From the NCBI GenBank assembly GCA_038063415.1, contig JBBTVD010000006.1, positions 299,914 to 363,913 of the forward strand: a stretch of DNA of 64,000 bases. Direction: 5' to 3'. The stretch comes from Patescibacteria group bacterium (GTDB lineage Bacteria; Patescibacteriota; Microgenomatia; Levybacterales; UBA12049). The position numbers were made by a program, and so were the translations under genes. The notes beneath the pieces were generated by a model. That model saw only the letters and a program-made list of their open reading frames with translations, made no database searches and was not told the origin of the DNA. Positions 29,393-38,206 of the stretch are shown here, one piece after another (position 1 is the first letter of the stretch; the number at the start of each line of letters is the position of its first letter).

Positions 29393-30052
29393 ATGAAGTA
29401 TTATAAGCAGTTTCTCCTCATGGTTCTTTTTGTACTTTTTGGACTTGTTGTTTGGTATGGGCTGAGTGAAGGTCTTGTCTATATGTTTACCATCCCGATA
29501 TTTGCCGTTGGAGTTTTCTTGACCTTTTACTTATCAAGAGAATTTGATGTAGATGTCCATAGCAAAAAGGGAACACAACCTGATACTTTGCACTACATCC
29601 AATCACGGAAATGGACAATTATTATCTATTGTGTATTCTTCTTCCTTATTACCGCTTTTGTCTGGAGCTATCTTAACAGCAACCTCCTTACGGCAATTAA
29701 AGACTTTTCGTATATGGGTGTCCTCATTTGGCTCTTTGTCCTCTATGTACTGCTTGCACCATCTCTACTTGAAAAAATAGAAACAAAATTGTCAAAATCA
29801 CTTAAATTGCTCACGAGTGGAGAATGGACACGAGGATATCTATTCCTCTTACCAATCACCTTCCTTATATATATCCTTTATCCCTATGAAGAATTACAAC
29901 AGTTCATTATTGAAAAGATTTTCTTCTTCCCCCTTTTCTTTATCGTGTACACCTTTGCTTTTGTGGCTGTGTATTGTATTACCTACCTCTATGAGTCTAT
30001 GCGCTCTGAAGATATAAAGCTTCGTCCTGGAGAAAAAGCTCTTAACGGGTAA
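29393..30052 (+). CDS. Hypothetical multi-TM protein
   Basis: About six hydrophobic helices. Confidence 0.7.
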   Translation: MKYYKQFLLMVLFVLFGLVVWYGLSEGLVYMFTIPIFAVGVFLTFYLSREFDVDVHSKKGTQPDTLHYIQSRKWTIIIYCVFFFLITAFVWSYLNSNLLTAIKDFSYMGVLIWLFVLYVLLAPSLLEKIETKLSKSLKLLTSGEWTRGYLFLLPITFLIYILYPYEELQQFIIEKIFFFPLFFIVYTFAFVAVYCITYLYESMRSEDIKLRPGEKALNG

Positions 30053-30770
30053 CTCGCGAGGAGACTAACCCATTCGCAAGTCTATCCGCACGTTCATTAT
30101 TGGGATCACCTGAATGACCAAGTACCTTTACAAAATCTATTTCTAGTTTATTTTTTTCAATAAGACCAAATATATCTCCAAAGATTTCCTGATTTTTTAC
30201 AATCTTTGCGAGTGGCTTTTTCATGTTAAACAGACTTATCTGACTATCTGTCGACAATTTGATTTTCTTGTAGCCTTTTTCAACTGCCCATGCAAGACCA
30301 TGATAGATAGCAAGCGCTTCAGCGATATTATTGGTTTGTCTTCCTGCAACAAGCCCTGCTCTCTCTGTCTTCCCACTGACAAATGCCCATGCTGCTTTTG
30401 CCCGAGGCGTACCATTGTAGACACAAGCACCATCAGTCCAAATCTCGATATCATAAGAGATTCTGGAGTCACTATCGTTCCCCAGAATGACGTCATTCTG
30501 TTTCTTTTGCTTTCTGTCATCCTGGCTCCCGCCTGCAGCGCGTTGCTTTGCATTGCGGGCAGGTGTCCAGGATCTCTCTATTGATTCTTTTTCTTCAAAG
30601 AGAGGAGTGTTCGTTACTTTAAATTTGCTGTCATGATAGAGCTTATGACAATGAGCACACCAATAATAAGCACGATAATAGTATGGCTTATTTCGTTGTG
30701 CTGCGCTTTGTTTGGTTGCTTTCTCAACCAAGAGATTCCCACACTCTTTACATCGTTTCTCTTTTTCCAT
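30042..30770 (-). CDS. rnhA: Ribonuclease HI with an N-terminal Zn ribbon and a palindrome-derived linker
   Basis: IWTDGAC, TNNIAE, TDSQ, GHSGDPNNERAD; N-terminal CKEC...CAHC. Confidence 0.9.
   Translation of the reverse strand: MEKEKRCKECGNLLVEKATKQSAAQRNKPYYYRAYYWCAHCHKLYHDSKFKVTNTPLFEEKESIERSWTPARNAKQRAAGGSQDDRKQKKQNDVILGNDSDSRISYDIEIWTDGACVYNGTPRAKAAWAFVSGKTERAGLVAGRQTNNIAEALAIYHGLAWAVEKGYKKIKLSTDSQISLFNMKKPLAKIVKNQEIFGDIFGLIEKNKLEIDFVKVLGHSGDPNNERADRLANGLVSSRVTR
30456..30577 (-). repeat. Composite palindromic element (subfamily A halves in swapped order) with a nested 36-bp palindrome, in-frame in rnhA
   Basis: GATTCTGG..CCAGAATGAC, GTCATTCTG, then GTCATCCTGGCT[36 bp, 30528-30563]TGTCCAGGATC. 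Confidence 0.9.
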
Positions 30771-30821
30771 CAAGCTAAATAATACCACAAATGACTAATA
30801 TAGTTTGTTATAATAAAGCAC

Positions 30822-31874
30822 ATGCAGTATCAAACAATCGGAACTACTGACCTTCAGGTTTCCCAAATTTGCCTCGGCTCCATGAATTGGGGAGAACAAA
30901 ATACAGAAATAGAAGCGCATGAGCAGCTGGACTATGCTATGACGCAAGGCATCAACTTTGTTGATACGGCTGAAATTTACCCCATTCCTCCACACGCTGA
31001 CTCCCAAGGACGAACAGAGACATACATTGGTACTTGGCTCAAAAAACGAGGCAAAAGAGACGATCTCATCATCGCCTCAAAGATAGTAGGACGAGATGAA
31101 AGTCTTTCCTATATCAGAGAAGGGAAAACTCCTTGTTTTGATAGGAAGAATATTCGCCAAGCAATTGAAGGATCACTCAAACGATTACAAACTGACTATA
31201 TTGATCTCTATCAGCTCCATTGGCCCGATCGTGACACTAATTACTTTGGCAAGAGAGCCTATCAACACAATCCAAAGGATATATCTATACCGATAGAAGA
31301 AACCCTTGAAGCTCTACAGGAATTAATGAAAGAAGGAAAAATACGATATATCGGTGTTTCCAACGAAACAGCTTGGGGCATCATGCAATTCTTTCGTGGA
31401 CATCATGAGAAAGGCTTACCCCGAATCCAAAGTATTCAAAATGCGTATAGCTTAATCATGAGAGAATATGAGACAGCACTCTCCGAAATTAGCCTAAAGG
31501 AAAAACTAAGTTTGCTTGCCTACTCACCGCTTGCCTTTGGGGTGCTTACCGGTAAATACCTTGGGAAAGTAAACTTCCCTAAAGGCTCACGATTTGACTA
31601 TGCCAAAGGAAGAAATGCTCCTCGGTATAATCCTCCAGAAGCTCAAGCAGCTATTCAAGCATATATTGATCTTGCAAAAAAGCATAATCTCATTCCTGCT
31701 CAAATGGCAATTGCCTTTGTTACTTCACGAGATTTTGTCACTAGTACAATAGTCGGGGCAACGTCACTTGAGCAGCTTAGAGCAGATATTGGAAGCGTTG
31801 CTATAACCTTAACTGATGATATTCTGCAAGAGATTGAAGAGCTACATAAAAAATATCCTAATCCGATAAGCTAA
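30822..31874 (+). CDS. Aldo/keto reductase (Tas-like)
   Basis: CLGSMNWGEQN, DTAEIYP, DLYQLHWP, LAYSPL. Confidence 0.92.
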   Translation: MQYQTIGTTDLQVSQICLGSMNWGEQNTEIEAHEQLDYAMTQGINFVDTAEIYPIPPHADSQGRTETYIGTWLKKRGKRDDLIIASKIVGRDESLSYIREGKTPCFDRKNIRQAIEGSLKRLQTDYIDLYQLHWPDRDTNYFGKRAYQHNPKDISIPIEETLEALQELMKEGKIRYIGVSNETAWGIMQFFRGHHEKGLPRIQSIQNAYSLIMREYETALSEISLKEKLSLLAYSPLAFGVLTGKYLGKVNFPKGSRFDYAKGRNAPRYNPPEAQAAIQAYIDLAKKHNLIPAQMAIAFVTSRDFVTSTIVGATSLEQLRADIGSVAITLTDDILQEIEELHKKYPNPIS

Positions 31875-32345
31875 ATGAAAAAACAAACTACTGGTGTCTA
31901 CCTCATCAAAGACAACAAGATGCTCTTTCTTGTCCGCAAAAAGAAAAATGACAGGATGCATAGGCAAGGTGTCTATCTCCCCATCGGCGGACATGTAGAA
32001 CTCGGAGAGGGGATAGAAGAAGCAGCAATTAGAGAAGTACAAGAAGAAGCTGGCGTAACGATACATTCTGTCACACTTCGAGGCATTGTCTACATCCGTA
32101 GTCAAAATACCGGAGACTATGACAATATTATCTTTCTTTTTACCTCTTCAGATTTTACTGGTGAGCCAGTCGCGGGGAGGGAAGGATCTTTTGAGTGGGT
32201 AGACATGGAGAAGCTCAATGAAGCAAATCTCTATGAAGGAGATCAAATGTATCTACCACTTCTCCAAAAGCATGACTTTTTTGTGGTGGAGTTTTTGTAT
32301 AAGGGGTTTGAACTCGTGGAACATAAAATACTCAAGCTCGTGTAG
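31875..32345 (+). CDS. NUDIX hydrolase (8-oxo-dGTPase-like)
   Basis: Nudix box GGHVELGEGIEEAAIREVQEEAG. Confidence 0.92.
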   Translation: MKKQTTGVYLIKDNKMLFLVRKKKNDRMHRQGVYLPIGGHVELGEGIEEAAIREVQEEAGVTIHSVTLRGIVYIRSQNTGDYDNIIFLFTSSDFTGEPVAGREGSFEWVDMEKLNEANLYEGDQMYLPLLQKHDFFVVEFLYKGFELVEHKILKLV

Positions 32346-32364
32346 TAATTTACAAAATATACCA

Positions 32365-32393
32365 TTGACCCAGATAGCTAACCAGAGTATAAT
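32365..32393 (+). promoter_or_regulatory. sigma70 promoter, leaderless
   Basis: TTGACC-17-TATAAT, 6 nt before ATG 32400. Confidence 0.75.
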
Positions 32394-32399
32394 AAAATT

Positions 32400-33026
32400 A
32401 TGTCTTTTACTGAAGTACCCCCTGGAGTTCATGGTGAGCCAAAAGAGAGAGGTATCCCTCTAAGATACGCTGATAATGCCTCAGCAGTATCAATTACTGA
32501 CGGACAGGTTGATTTTGCAGATTCCCGCTTAGGACCTGGGGATCCTAATGGAGGTGCGGCTATTGTTACTTTGAGAAATCGACAGACAGGGGAAACGAGC
32601 AGGGTGGCATTTGTGAAAACAGGTCCCCAGTTTGGTCCAGATATAGCAGGTGGTATGGCATCTTCATATGTCACGCTATACGAACCAGGTGGAACGAGGA
32701 ACGCTATAACCACCGTTAGACCGCGTGAAGGAGGGGTTTCTGTGCCTAACCCAGTGACTGTTGGTAGTGCTTATTTTGATAATTTTGCGGGAAAACATCC
32801 ACAATTTGGAGGACTTGGAGAGGTGGTTGAGATAACAGTGAGAGAACCTGGCATTCGTACTCAAGGGCCACAAGTAGGAGAGAATCCTTTCCCTCGGTTA
32901 TTGGACCTTATAAGAAGCGATGAAGCAAGAAGAGCAGGCGGACAGGTTGCTGGTCCTAAGCAGGTATTGCGTTCTGTAGCACCTACATTGCGTGGATTAG
33001 CAAATGCCAAGCTTGGTCAAGGGTAA
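32400..33026 (+). CDS. Hypothetical protein (cargo)
   Basis: 208-aa ORF with its own promoter; no recognised motif. Confidence 0.65.
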   Translation: MSFTEVPPGVHGEPKERGIPLRYADNASAVSITDGQVDFADSRLGPGDPNGGAAIVTLRNRQTGETSRVAFVKTGPQFGPDIAGGMASSYVTLYEPGGTRNAITTVRPREGGVSVPNPVTVGSAYFDNFAGKHPQFGGLGEVVEITVREPGIRTQGPQVGENPFPRLLDLIRSDEARRAGGQVAGPKQVLRSVAPTLRGLANAKLGQG

Positions 33027-33057
33027 CTATAAATTGCTCCGTAACCGTTTGTGCCGT

Positions 33058-33274
33058 TTATAGAAGAATTTTCCCGTCCTCTACTTTTGGCTCAAGGGTA
33101 TCTCCCGGTTTGATTGTCCCTTCAATCATCTGCATGGCTATCTCATCAACAAGTTTTTCTTCAATTGCGCGTCTGAGTGGTCTTGCCCCAAAGATGGGAT
33201 CATAGCCAATCTCCGCAAAATAGAGCGCAAGGTCATCCGAAACTTTCAAATCGATGTTATTTTCTCGCATACGT
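33058..33274 (-). pseudogene. clpB: Displaced duplicate of the clpB 3' end
   Basis: 33083-33274 reads identical to 34850-35041; the last 8 codons differ, almost all synonymously. Confidence 0.93.
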
Positions 33275-33306
33275 AGCTAAACCACCTGTCGGGTGGTAAA
33301 AATAGA

Positions 33307-33358
33307 TTTTTGTATAAGGGGTTTGAACTGGTGGGCACAAGGTGTAAAGCTTATATAA
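33307..33358 (+). pseudogene. Displaced, eroded 3' end of the NUDIX gene
   Basis: TTTTTGTATAAGGGGTTTGAACT matches 32292-32314; reads FLYKGFELV(E)HKV(L)KLI* once two 1-nt deletions are allowed. Confidence 0.8.
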
Positions 33359-33574
33359 TTATTTCAACTTGATAAATTCTTTTTCCGTTGATTCGGCTTG
33401 TTTGATAATGCCTTTGAGAAGTCCATGTTTTATGTCTTTTGCATGCATGGGAATCGGAAGAATGTGCTTTCTTTCTGGATGATACATAATAAGATGACTT
33501 CCTGTTTGTCGCTTCTGAATATATCCCAAGGTCTCAAGAATCCGAATTATTTCTCTTGGTTTAAATGCTGTCAT
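33359..33574 (-). CDS. hicA: HicA toxin (mRNA interferase)
   Basis: RQTGSH, IPMHAKDI..GLL..I.KQA. Confidence 0.92.
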   Translation of the reverse strand: MTAFKPREIIRILETLGYIQKRQTGSHLIMYHPERKHILPIPMHAKDIKHGLLKGIIKQAESTEKEFIKLK

Positions 33575-33834
33575 AACGCAAGATGAGGACGGTGAACTGC
33601 AACTTTTGTCACTATAACTTCTTTGCTTTCTTGTGGAATTGTTTCACCCGTTTCTTCAAGCACAGCAAGGTAGCCTGCGATAGCATCTTTCACTAGAGCA
33701 ACAGCTTCTTCAAAGGTTTCTCCTTGTGTCACACAACCAGGAAGCGTTGGTACTGAAGCGATATAGCCGCCTTCATCGGCTGGTTCAAAGACGACAGTGT
33801 ATTCTAATACTTTCTGAGAAATTTTCTGTTTCAT
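33571..33834 (-). CDS. hicB: HicB antitoxin (short, no DNA-binding domain)
   Basis: EPADEGGYIASVPTLPGCVTQGETFEEA; ATG at 33834. Confidence 0.92.
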   Translation of the reverse strand: MKQKISQKVLEYTVVFEPADEGGYIASVPTLPGCVTQGETFEEAVALVKDAIAGYLAVLEETGETIPQESKEVIVTKVAVHRPHLAL

Positions 33835-33933
33835 AGAGTTATTATAGCAGCTTTTTTGAGTACATGCATATTTGATACAATGCTTGTAATATTTCAGAGT
33901 TCTTGACAAAAATACGCAAAGAATACGTAATGT

Positions 33934-34002
33934 TGTCATGCTGATTTATTTCAGCATCTTATTAGCCACGAAAGTAGATCCTGAAACAAGTTCAGGATGA
34001 CA
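33934..34002 (+). repeat. TGTC-tagged palindromic element, subfamily B, intergenic
   Basis: TGTCATGCTGATTTATTTCAGCATC-spacer-GATCCTGAAACAAGTTCAGGATGACA. Confidence 0.88.
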
Positions 34003-34079
34003 CTGTGTCAGTAGCTCTGAAATGTTTCTCGTTAAATTGTTAGTTGCAAAGCTAGGACAGATCGAATGTGGATATTATC

Positions 34080-34151
34080 TTTGTGGTGGAGTTTTTGTAT
34101 AAGGGATTTGCATTCGTTGAGCACCACGTTTTGAAGGCTCTATCGTTCTAA
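34080..34151 (+). pseudogene. Second displaced 3' end of the NUDIX gene (divergent allele)
   Basis: TTTGTGGTGGAGTTTTTGTATAAGGG matches 32280-32305; reads FVVEFLYKGFAFVEHHVLKALSF* against FVVEFLYKGFELVEHKILKLV*. Confidence 0.85.
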
Positions 34152-34795
34152 AAGAGCATGTGTAAAATAATCATAAGTTGAGAATATAAAGAAGTGATTA
34201 GTAAATAAACCACAGTTCCCCCTATCCAAAGAAGTAATACACCAAAAGACATTCTCACGCTTGAGTCAGCCGTCCACCATTCATGGGGACCTGCAGACCC
34301 GCACCCATAAGTATCCATATCAGAACTATAAACCAAGAATACCTTATCAGTAAGTGAGGCAAAAGTAACCTGGTGCGCTTTGGCAAGCTTCTTTACGAGA
34401 TCTTTATCATTATTCGTATAATAAGACATGTCTCTTGGATTTATCCAGGGCTGAGCTATTAAAATATCGTTTGCTCCTTTTCTCTGAAACAGGGAGAGTT
34501 TGAACTGATGAAAGTATGTTTGTAATTCATTTTTCGTTAAATCTGATGTAACTAATTTTGAAACAGTATAAAAGCACAAATCTCCATTGCTAGAATTACC
34601 CCGCGATTGTTTGTAAGAAATTCCTATTTGTTTGGTATGTGGAGGAAGCGCAATATGCTCTAATTCATACGCAAGTTTATCTCTATGGTCTAGCGAAGAA
34701 GGAACAGGTATAAAGAATATGCTTAGTAAAAAGAGGAGAGCTAGAGTAATTAAAAAATGTGATTTAGTAATTAGCTTTGATCGGTGCGATGACAT
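34148..34795 (-). CDS. Hypothetical membrane protein (cargo)
   Basis: N- and C-terminal TM helices. Confidence 0.65.
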   Translation of the reverse strand: MSSHRSKLITKSHFLITLALLFLLSIFFIPVPSSLDHRDKLAYELEHIALPPHTKQIGISYKQSRGNSSNGDLCFYTVSKLVTSDLTKNELQTYFHQFKLSLFQRKGANDILIAQPWINPRDMSYYTNNDKDLVKKLAKAHQVTFASLTDKVFLVYSSDMDTYGCGSAGPHEWWTADSSVRMSFGVLLLWIGGTVVYLLITSLYSQLMIILHMLF

Positions 34796-34824
34796 CGCTC
34801 AATGATAGCAAGTCAATCTTGGCT

Positions 34825-36972
34825 TTACAAGAGTATCTTCCCGTCCTTCACTTTTGGCTCAAGGGTATCTCCCGGTTTGATTGTCCCTTCAATCATCTGC
34901 ATGGCTATCTCATCAACAAGTTTTTCTTCAATTGCGCGTCTGAGTGGTCTTGCCCCAAAGATGGGATCATAGCCAATCTCCGCAAAATAGAGCGCAAGGT
35001 CATCCGAAACTTTCAAATCGATGTTATTTTCTCGCATACGTTCCTGTACTTTCTTTAGTTGCTGCTCGCTAATTTGCAAGAGATCCTTAGGGGAGAGGGG
35101 ATTATAGATAATTACCCCACTCATTCGGTTAAGAAATTCTGGTTTGAAATGTCGATGTAGCACTTTCCATACTTTCTTGTCCTCCGTAGCTTTAGCAGAG
35201 GAGGATTTCTCCTCTCCTTGCAGTACCTCACTTGCCAGATTACTTGTCATGATAATAATCGTATTACGGAAGTCGACGGTAACTCCTTTGCTATCAGTAA
35301 GATGTCCCTCATCAAAAATTTGTAGAAAGAGATTAAAGACTTGTGGATGTGCTTTCTCGACTTCATCAAAAAGAATGACAGAGTAAGGGCGACGTCTTAC
35401 TGCTTCGGTCAGTTGCCCTCCTTCATCATAGCCGACATACCCGGGAGGCGCACCAATAAGTCGAGCAACGGCATGAGACTCCATGTATTCACTCATATCG
35501 ATTCTGATCATTGCGTGTTCATCATTAAAGAGTTGACGAGCTAGCGCTTTGGCAGTTTCTGTCTTTCCAACGCCAGTTGGACCAAGGAAAAGAAATGACC
35601 CAATTGGTTGACTCTTCTCTCCAAGTCCTGAACGAGAACGCCTGATGGCACGAGAGACCACATCAATTGCTTTTTCTTGGCCAACAACTTGCTTCTTCAA
35701 ATCTTCTTCCAGACGGAGGAGACGTTCTGATTCTGTCGAGAGCATACGAGAGACGGGGATACCAGTCCAGCGAGCAACGACCCGCGCGATGTCATCATCA
35801 TCAACTTCCTCTCGCAAGACTCTTTCTTCTGTCGGGATAGCATTCCAAGCTTCGTGAAGTGTCGCAAGTTGCTTTTCAAGCTCTGGAACTTTACCGTACT
35901 TGATCTCTGCTGCTTTTTGCAGATCTACCTCTCGTTCTGCTTGTTCAAGCTCAATGCGAAATGCGTCAATTTTTGCTCGTACGTCTTGCAGTTTTTGAAT
36001 GGTTTCTTTTTGTTTTCGCCAACGATCTTCGAGCATTTCTGCTTCTTTCTTTAATCCTTCCAATTCTTTTGTCTGTTGGTCATAGCGAGCCTTTGCCATA
36101 TCTGTTTTTTCCTTTTTGAGTGCTGCTTGTTCGATTTCAATCTGCATGATTTTACGCTTCAGCGCATCAAGTTCTGCCGGCATACTTTCGGTTTCAATTT
36201 TGATTGCTGCAGCAGCCTCATCGACTAAATCAATTGCTTTATCTGGCAAGAATCGCTGGGGGATATACTGTGCAGAAAGTTTGGCAGCAGCAATAATCGC
36301 GTTATCCGTAATTCGAATCCCGTGATGCAGTTCATACTTTTGCTTAATGCCACGAAGAATCGAAATCGTATCTTCAATGGTAGGTTCTTCAACCATAACT
36401 GGCTGAAAGCGGCGTGCGAGTGCGGGATCTTTTTCGATATACTTACGGTATTCCGCAATAGTCGTCGCCCCAATCATTCGGAGTAAGCCACGGGCGAGGG
36501 GAGGCTTAAGCATATTTGCAGCATCGACCGATCCTTCTGCTGCACCACCACCGACGATGGTATGCAATTCATCAATAAACATAATATATTTACCATCAGA
36601 ATCTTCAACTGCTTTGAGCACTGCTTTGAGTCGCTCTTCGAATTCACCACGGAATTTGGCACCGGCGAGCAGCTGGGCAAAATCGAGGATCAAAACCTCT
36701 TTATCTCGCAGGGGAGTCGGTACTGATTTTTCGACAATCTTTTGTGCAAGTCCTTCAACAATTGCGGTTTTCCCGACACCAGGATCGCCAATGAGAATCG
36801 GATTGTTCTTGGTTCGACGAGAGAGGATCTCCATTACCCGGCGGATTTCAACCTCACGGCCAATAACCGGATCAATTTCCCCCGATTTAGCCTGAAGACT
36901 CAAATTAATCGTGAACTTTTTAAGCGCCTCCTCGGGGGAGACAGGTTTGAGCATGTCTTGAATATTTGTCAT
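34825..36972 (-). CDS. clpB: ClpB disaggregase lacking the N-terminal Clp domain
   Basis: [14 protein letters not shown], long coiled-coil M-domain (AAEIKYG), [15 protein letters not shown]. Confidence 0.93.
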   Translation of the reverse strand: MTNIQDMLKPVSPEEALKKFTINLSLQAKSGEIDPVIGREVEIRRVMEILSRRTKNNPILIGDPGVGKTAIVEGLAQKIVEKSVPTPLRDKEVLILDFAQLLAGAKFRGEFEERLKAVLKAVEDSDGKYIMFIDELHTIVGGGAAEGSVDAANMLKPPLARGLLRMIGATTIAEYRKYIEKDPALARRFQPVMVEEPTIEDTISILRGIKQKYELHHGIRITDNAIIAAAKLSAQYIPQRFLPDKAIDLVDEAAAAIKIETESMPAELDALKRKIMQIEIEQAALKKEKTDMAKARYDQQTKELEGLKKEAEMLEDRWRKQKETIQKLQDVRAKIDAFRIELEQAEREVDLQKAAEIKYGKVPELEKQLATLHEAWNAIPTEERVLREEVDDDDIARVVARWTGIPVSRMLSTESERLLRLEEDLKKQVVGQEKAIDVVSRAIRRSRSGLGEKSQPIGSFLFLGPTGVGKTETAKALARQLFNDEHAMIRIDMSEYMESHAVARLIGAPPGYVGYDEGGQLTEAVRRRPYSVILFDEVEKAHPQVFNLFLQIFDEGHLTDSKGVTVDFRNTIIIMTSNLASEVLQGEEKSSSAKATEDKKVWKVLHRHFKPEFLNRMSGVIIYNPLSPKDLLQISEQQLKKVQERMRENNIDLKVSDDLALYFAEIGYDPIFGARPLRRAIEEKLVDEIAMQMIEGTIKPGDTLEPKVKDGKILL
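35180..35205. repeat. Short palindromic insert, in-frame in clpB
   Basis: TCCTCC-GTAGCTTTAGCAGA-GGAGGA; reads SSAKATED in a variable NBD2 loop. Confidence 0.55.
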
Positions 36973-37067
36973 AGCAAAGAAAGTTGCAGAGAGAGCACAT
37001 ACGAAGAAGAACTATATCATTCTGTATCTACATCTTTGAATCTCAGAACTTATCCACATACTACTAC

Positions 37068-37094
37068 TTAGCAATACTAGTTGTCAAGTGCTAA
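37068..37094 (-). promoter_or_regulatory. CIRCE (HrcA operator) overlapping the clpB -35
   Basis: TTAGCACTT-N9-TATTGCTAA against consensus TTAGCACTC-N9-GAGTGCTAA; contains TTGACA. Confidence 0.8.
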
Positions 37095-37387
37095 TTTTAT
37101 AGGACAATATTTATTATAGGTCTATTCTGTGAAAAGTCCTTTTCGTATTTTTTTCACACCCTACTCTTCTCTTCTTCTCGTATATTACTTTATTGAACCA
37201 GACAAAACTTGAAAAAACGATGTTAATACTCTACGAATCATAACTGAATATTTTCTATACATGCTAAAAAAATGTATACCACGGCTCCTTTCTGGACAGA
37301 TATTTCTATCTATTCTTAGTATACTTTTATTCTCTGAGAAAAAGTTGAATATTTCTTAAGAAAAACGTAAGAGCTTCTCCCCCTCCC

Positions 37388-37416
37388 TTGACTTCCCTCT
37401 TGCTTCATTCTATGCT
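37388..37416 (+). promoter_or_regulatory. sigma70 promoter, leaderless mscS
   Basis: TTGACT-17-TATGCT, 6 nt before ATG 37423. Confidence 0.7.
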
Positions 37417-37422
37417 GAGAGT

Positions 37423-38202
37423 ATGGATTTTGGTCAACTTTTTTTAAGTAATGAAGCACTCACAAAATATTTCTTTATTGGACTAACTTTGCTTATCACA
37501 ATTATTATAGATCTCTTCCTCCGCTCACTTATCAAATTACCAAAAAATATTGAAAATAGAAAAGCCCGAACCGCCACAATGTTCTTCCGTAACTTTGTTA
37601 CCGTAATGATCTATATTATTGCAGCCAACATCATTCTCGTTGAACTTGGAATTAACCTTACTCCCCTCCTCGCTTCCGCAAGTATTATGGGTATTATTAT
37701 TGGTATTAGTCTAAGAAATCTTGTTGAAGATTTTATTTCAGGCCTTTTTATGCTTTCACAAGATACGGTCATCATTGGTGACTATATAAAAGTTGATGAT
37801 ATTGAAGGAACCGTTGAGGCAATCGGTTTTCGAGCGATTACTATCAAACAACAAGATGGATCCCGTTGTGTTATCCCAAATGGACAAGTCAAACGCTTCA
37901 TCAACTATTCACGACATAGAGCAAGTGTCCTTATCGATTTCCCTATCAAAGCTGATCAAAAAATAAAAAAAGTGAAGAGTGCCTTTAATGAAGCCCTTGA
38001 GGAGTTTAAAAAAGATAAACGTTTTGAAGGAATTATTATCCAAGGAACAGGAATTACTGGTATTGAAGAGATAAAAGCAACAGGTCCTATGGTTTTCCGA
38101 GTAACAATCGTTGTCCCACCAAGTATGCGTTTAGAAGCCGGAAGAGCATACAGGGAGTATGCAAAAAAAGCCTGTGAAAAATATCGTATAGCTTTTGGAT
38201 AA
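37423..38202 (+). CDS. mscS: Small-conductance mechanosensitive channel
   Basis: LLASAS..GI.IG, DFISGLF, GDYI...GTVE.IG.R, IPNG. Confidence 0.88.
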   Translation: MDFGQLFLSNEALTKYFFIGLTLLITIIIDLFLRSLIKLPKNIENRKARTATMFFRNFVTVMIYIIAANIILVELGINLTPLLASASIMGIIIGISLRNLVEDFISGLFMLSQDTVIIGDYIKVDDIEGTVEAIGFRAITIKQQDGSRCVIPNGQVKRFINYSRHRASVLIDFPIKADQKIKKVKSAFNEALEEFKKDKRFEGIIIQGTGITGIEEIKATGPMVFRVTIVVPPSMRLEAGRAYREYAKKACEKYRIAFG

Positions 38203-38206
38203 TAAT

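Noticed and set aside
33058-34825. Prophage or integrative element at the hicBA locus
   Set aside because: No integrase, transposase or phage gene is present; reported instead as a recombination hotspot.
37050-37158. DnaA-box-like 9-mers (TTATCCACA at 37050, TTTTTCACA at 37150) in an AT-rich spacer
   Set aside because: Too few boxes and no dnaA/dnaN nearby; the region is explained by the clpB and mscS promoters, so oriC is unsupported.
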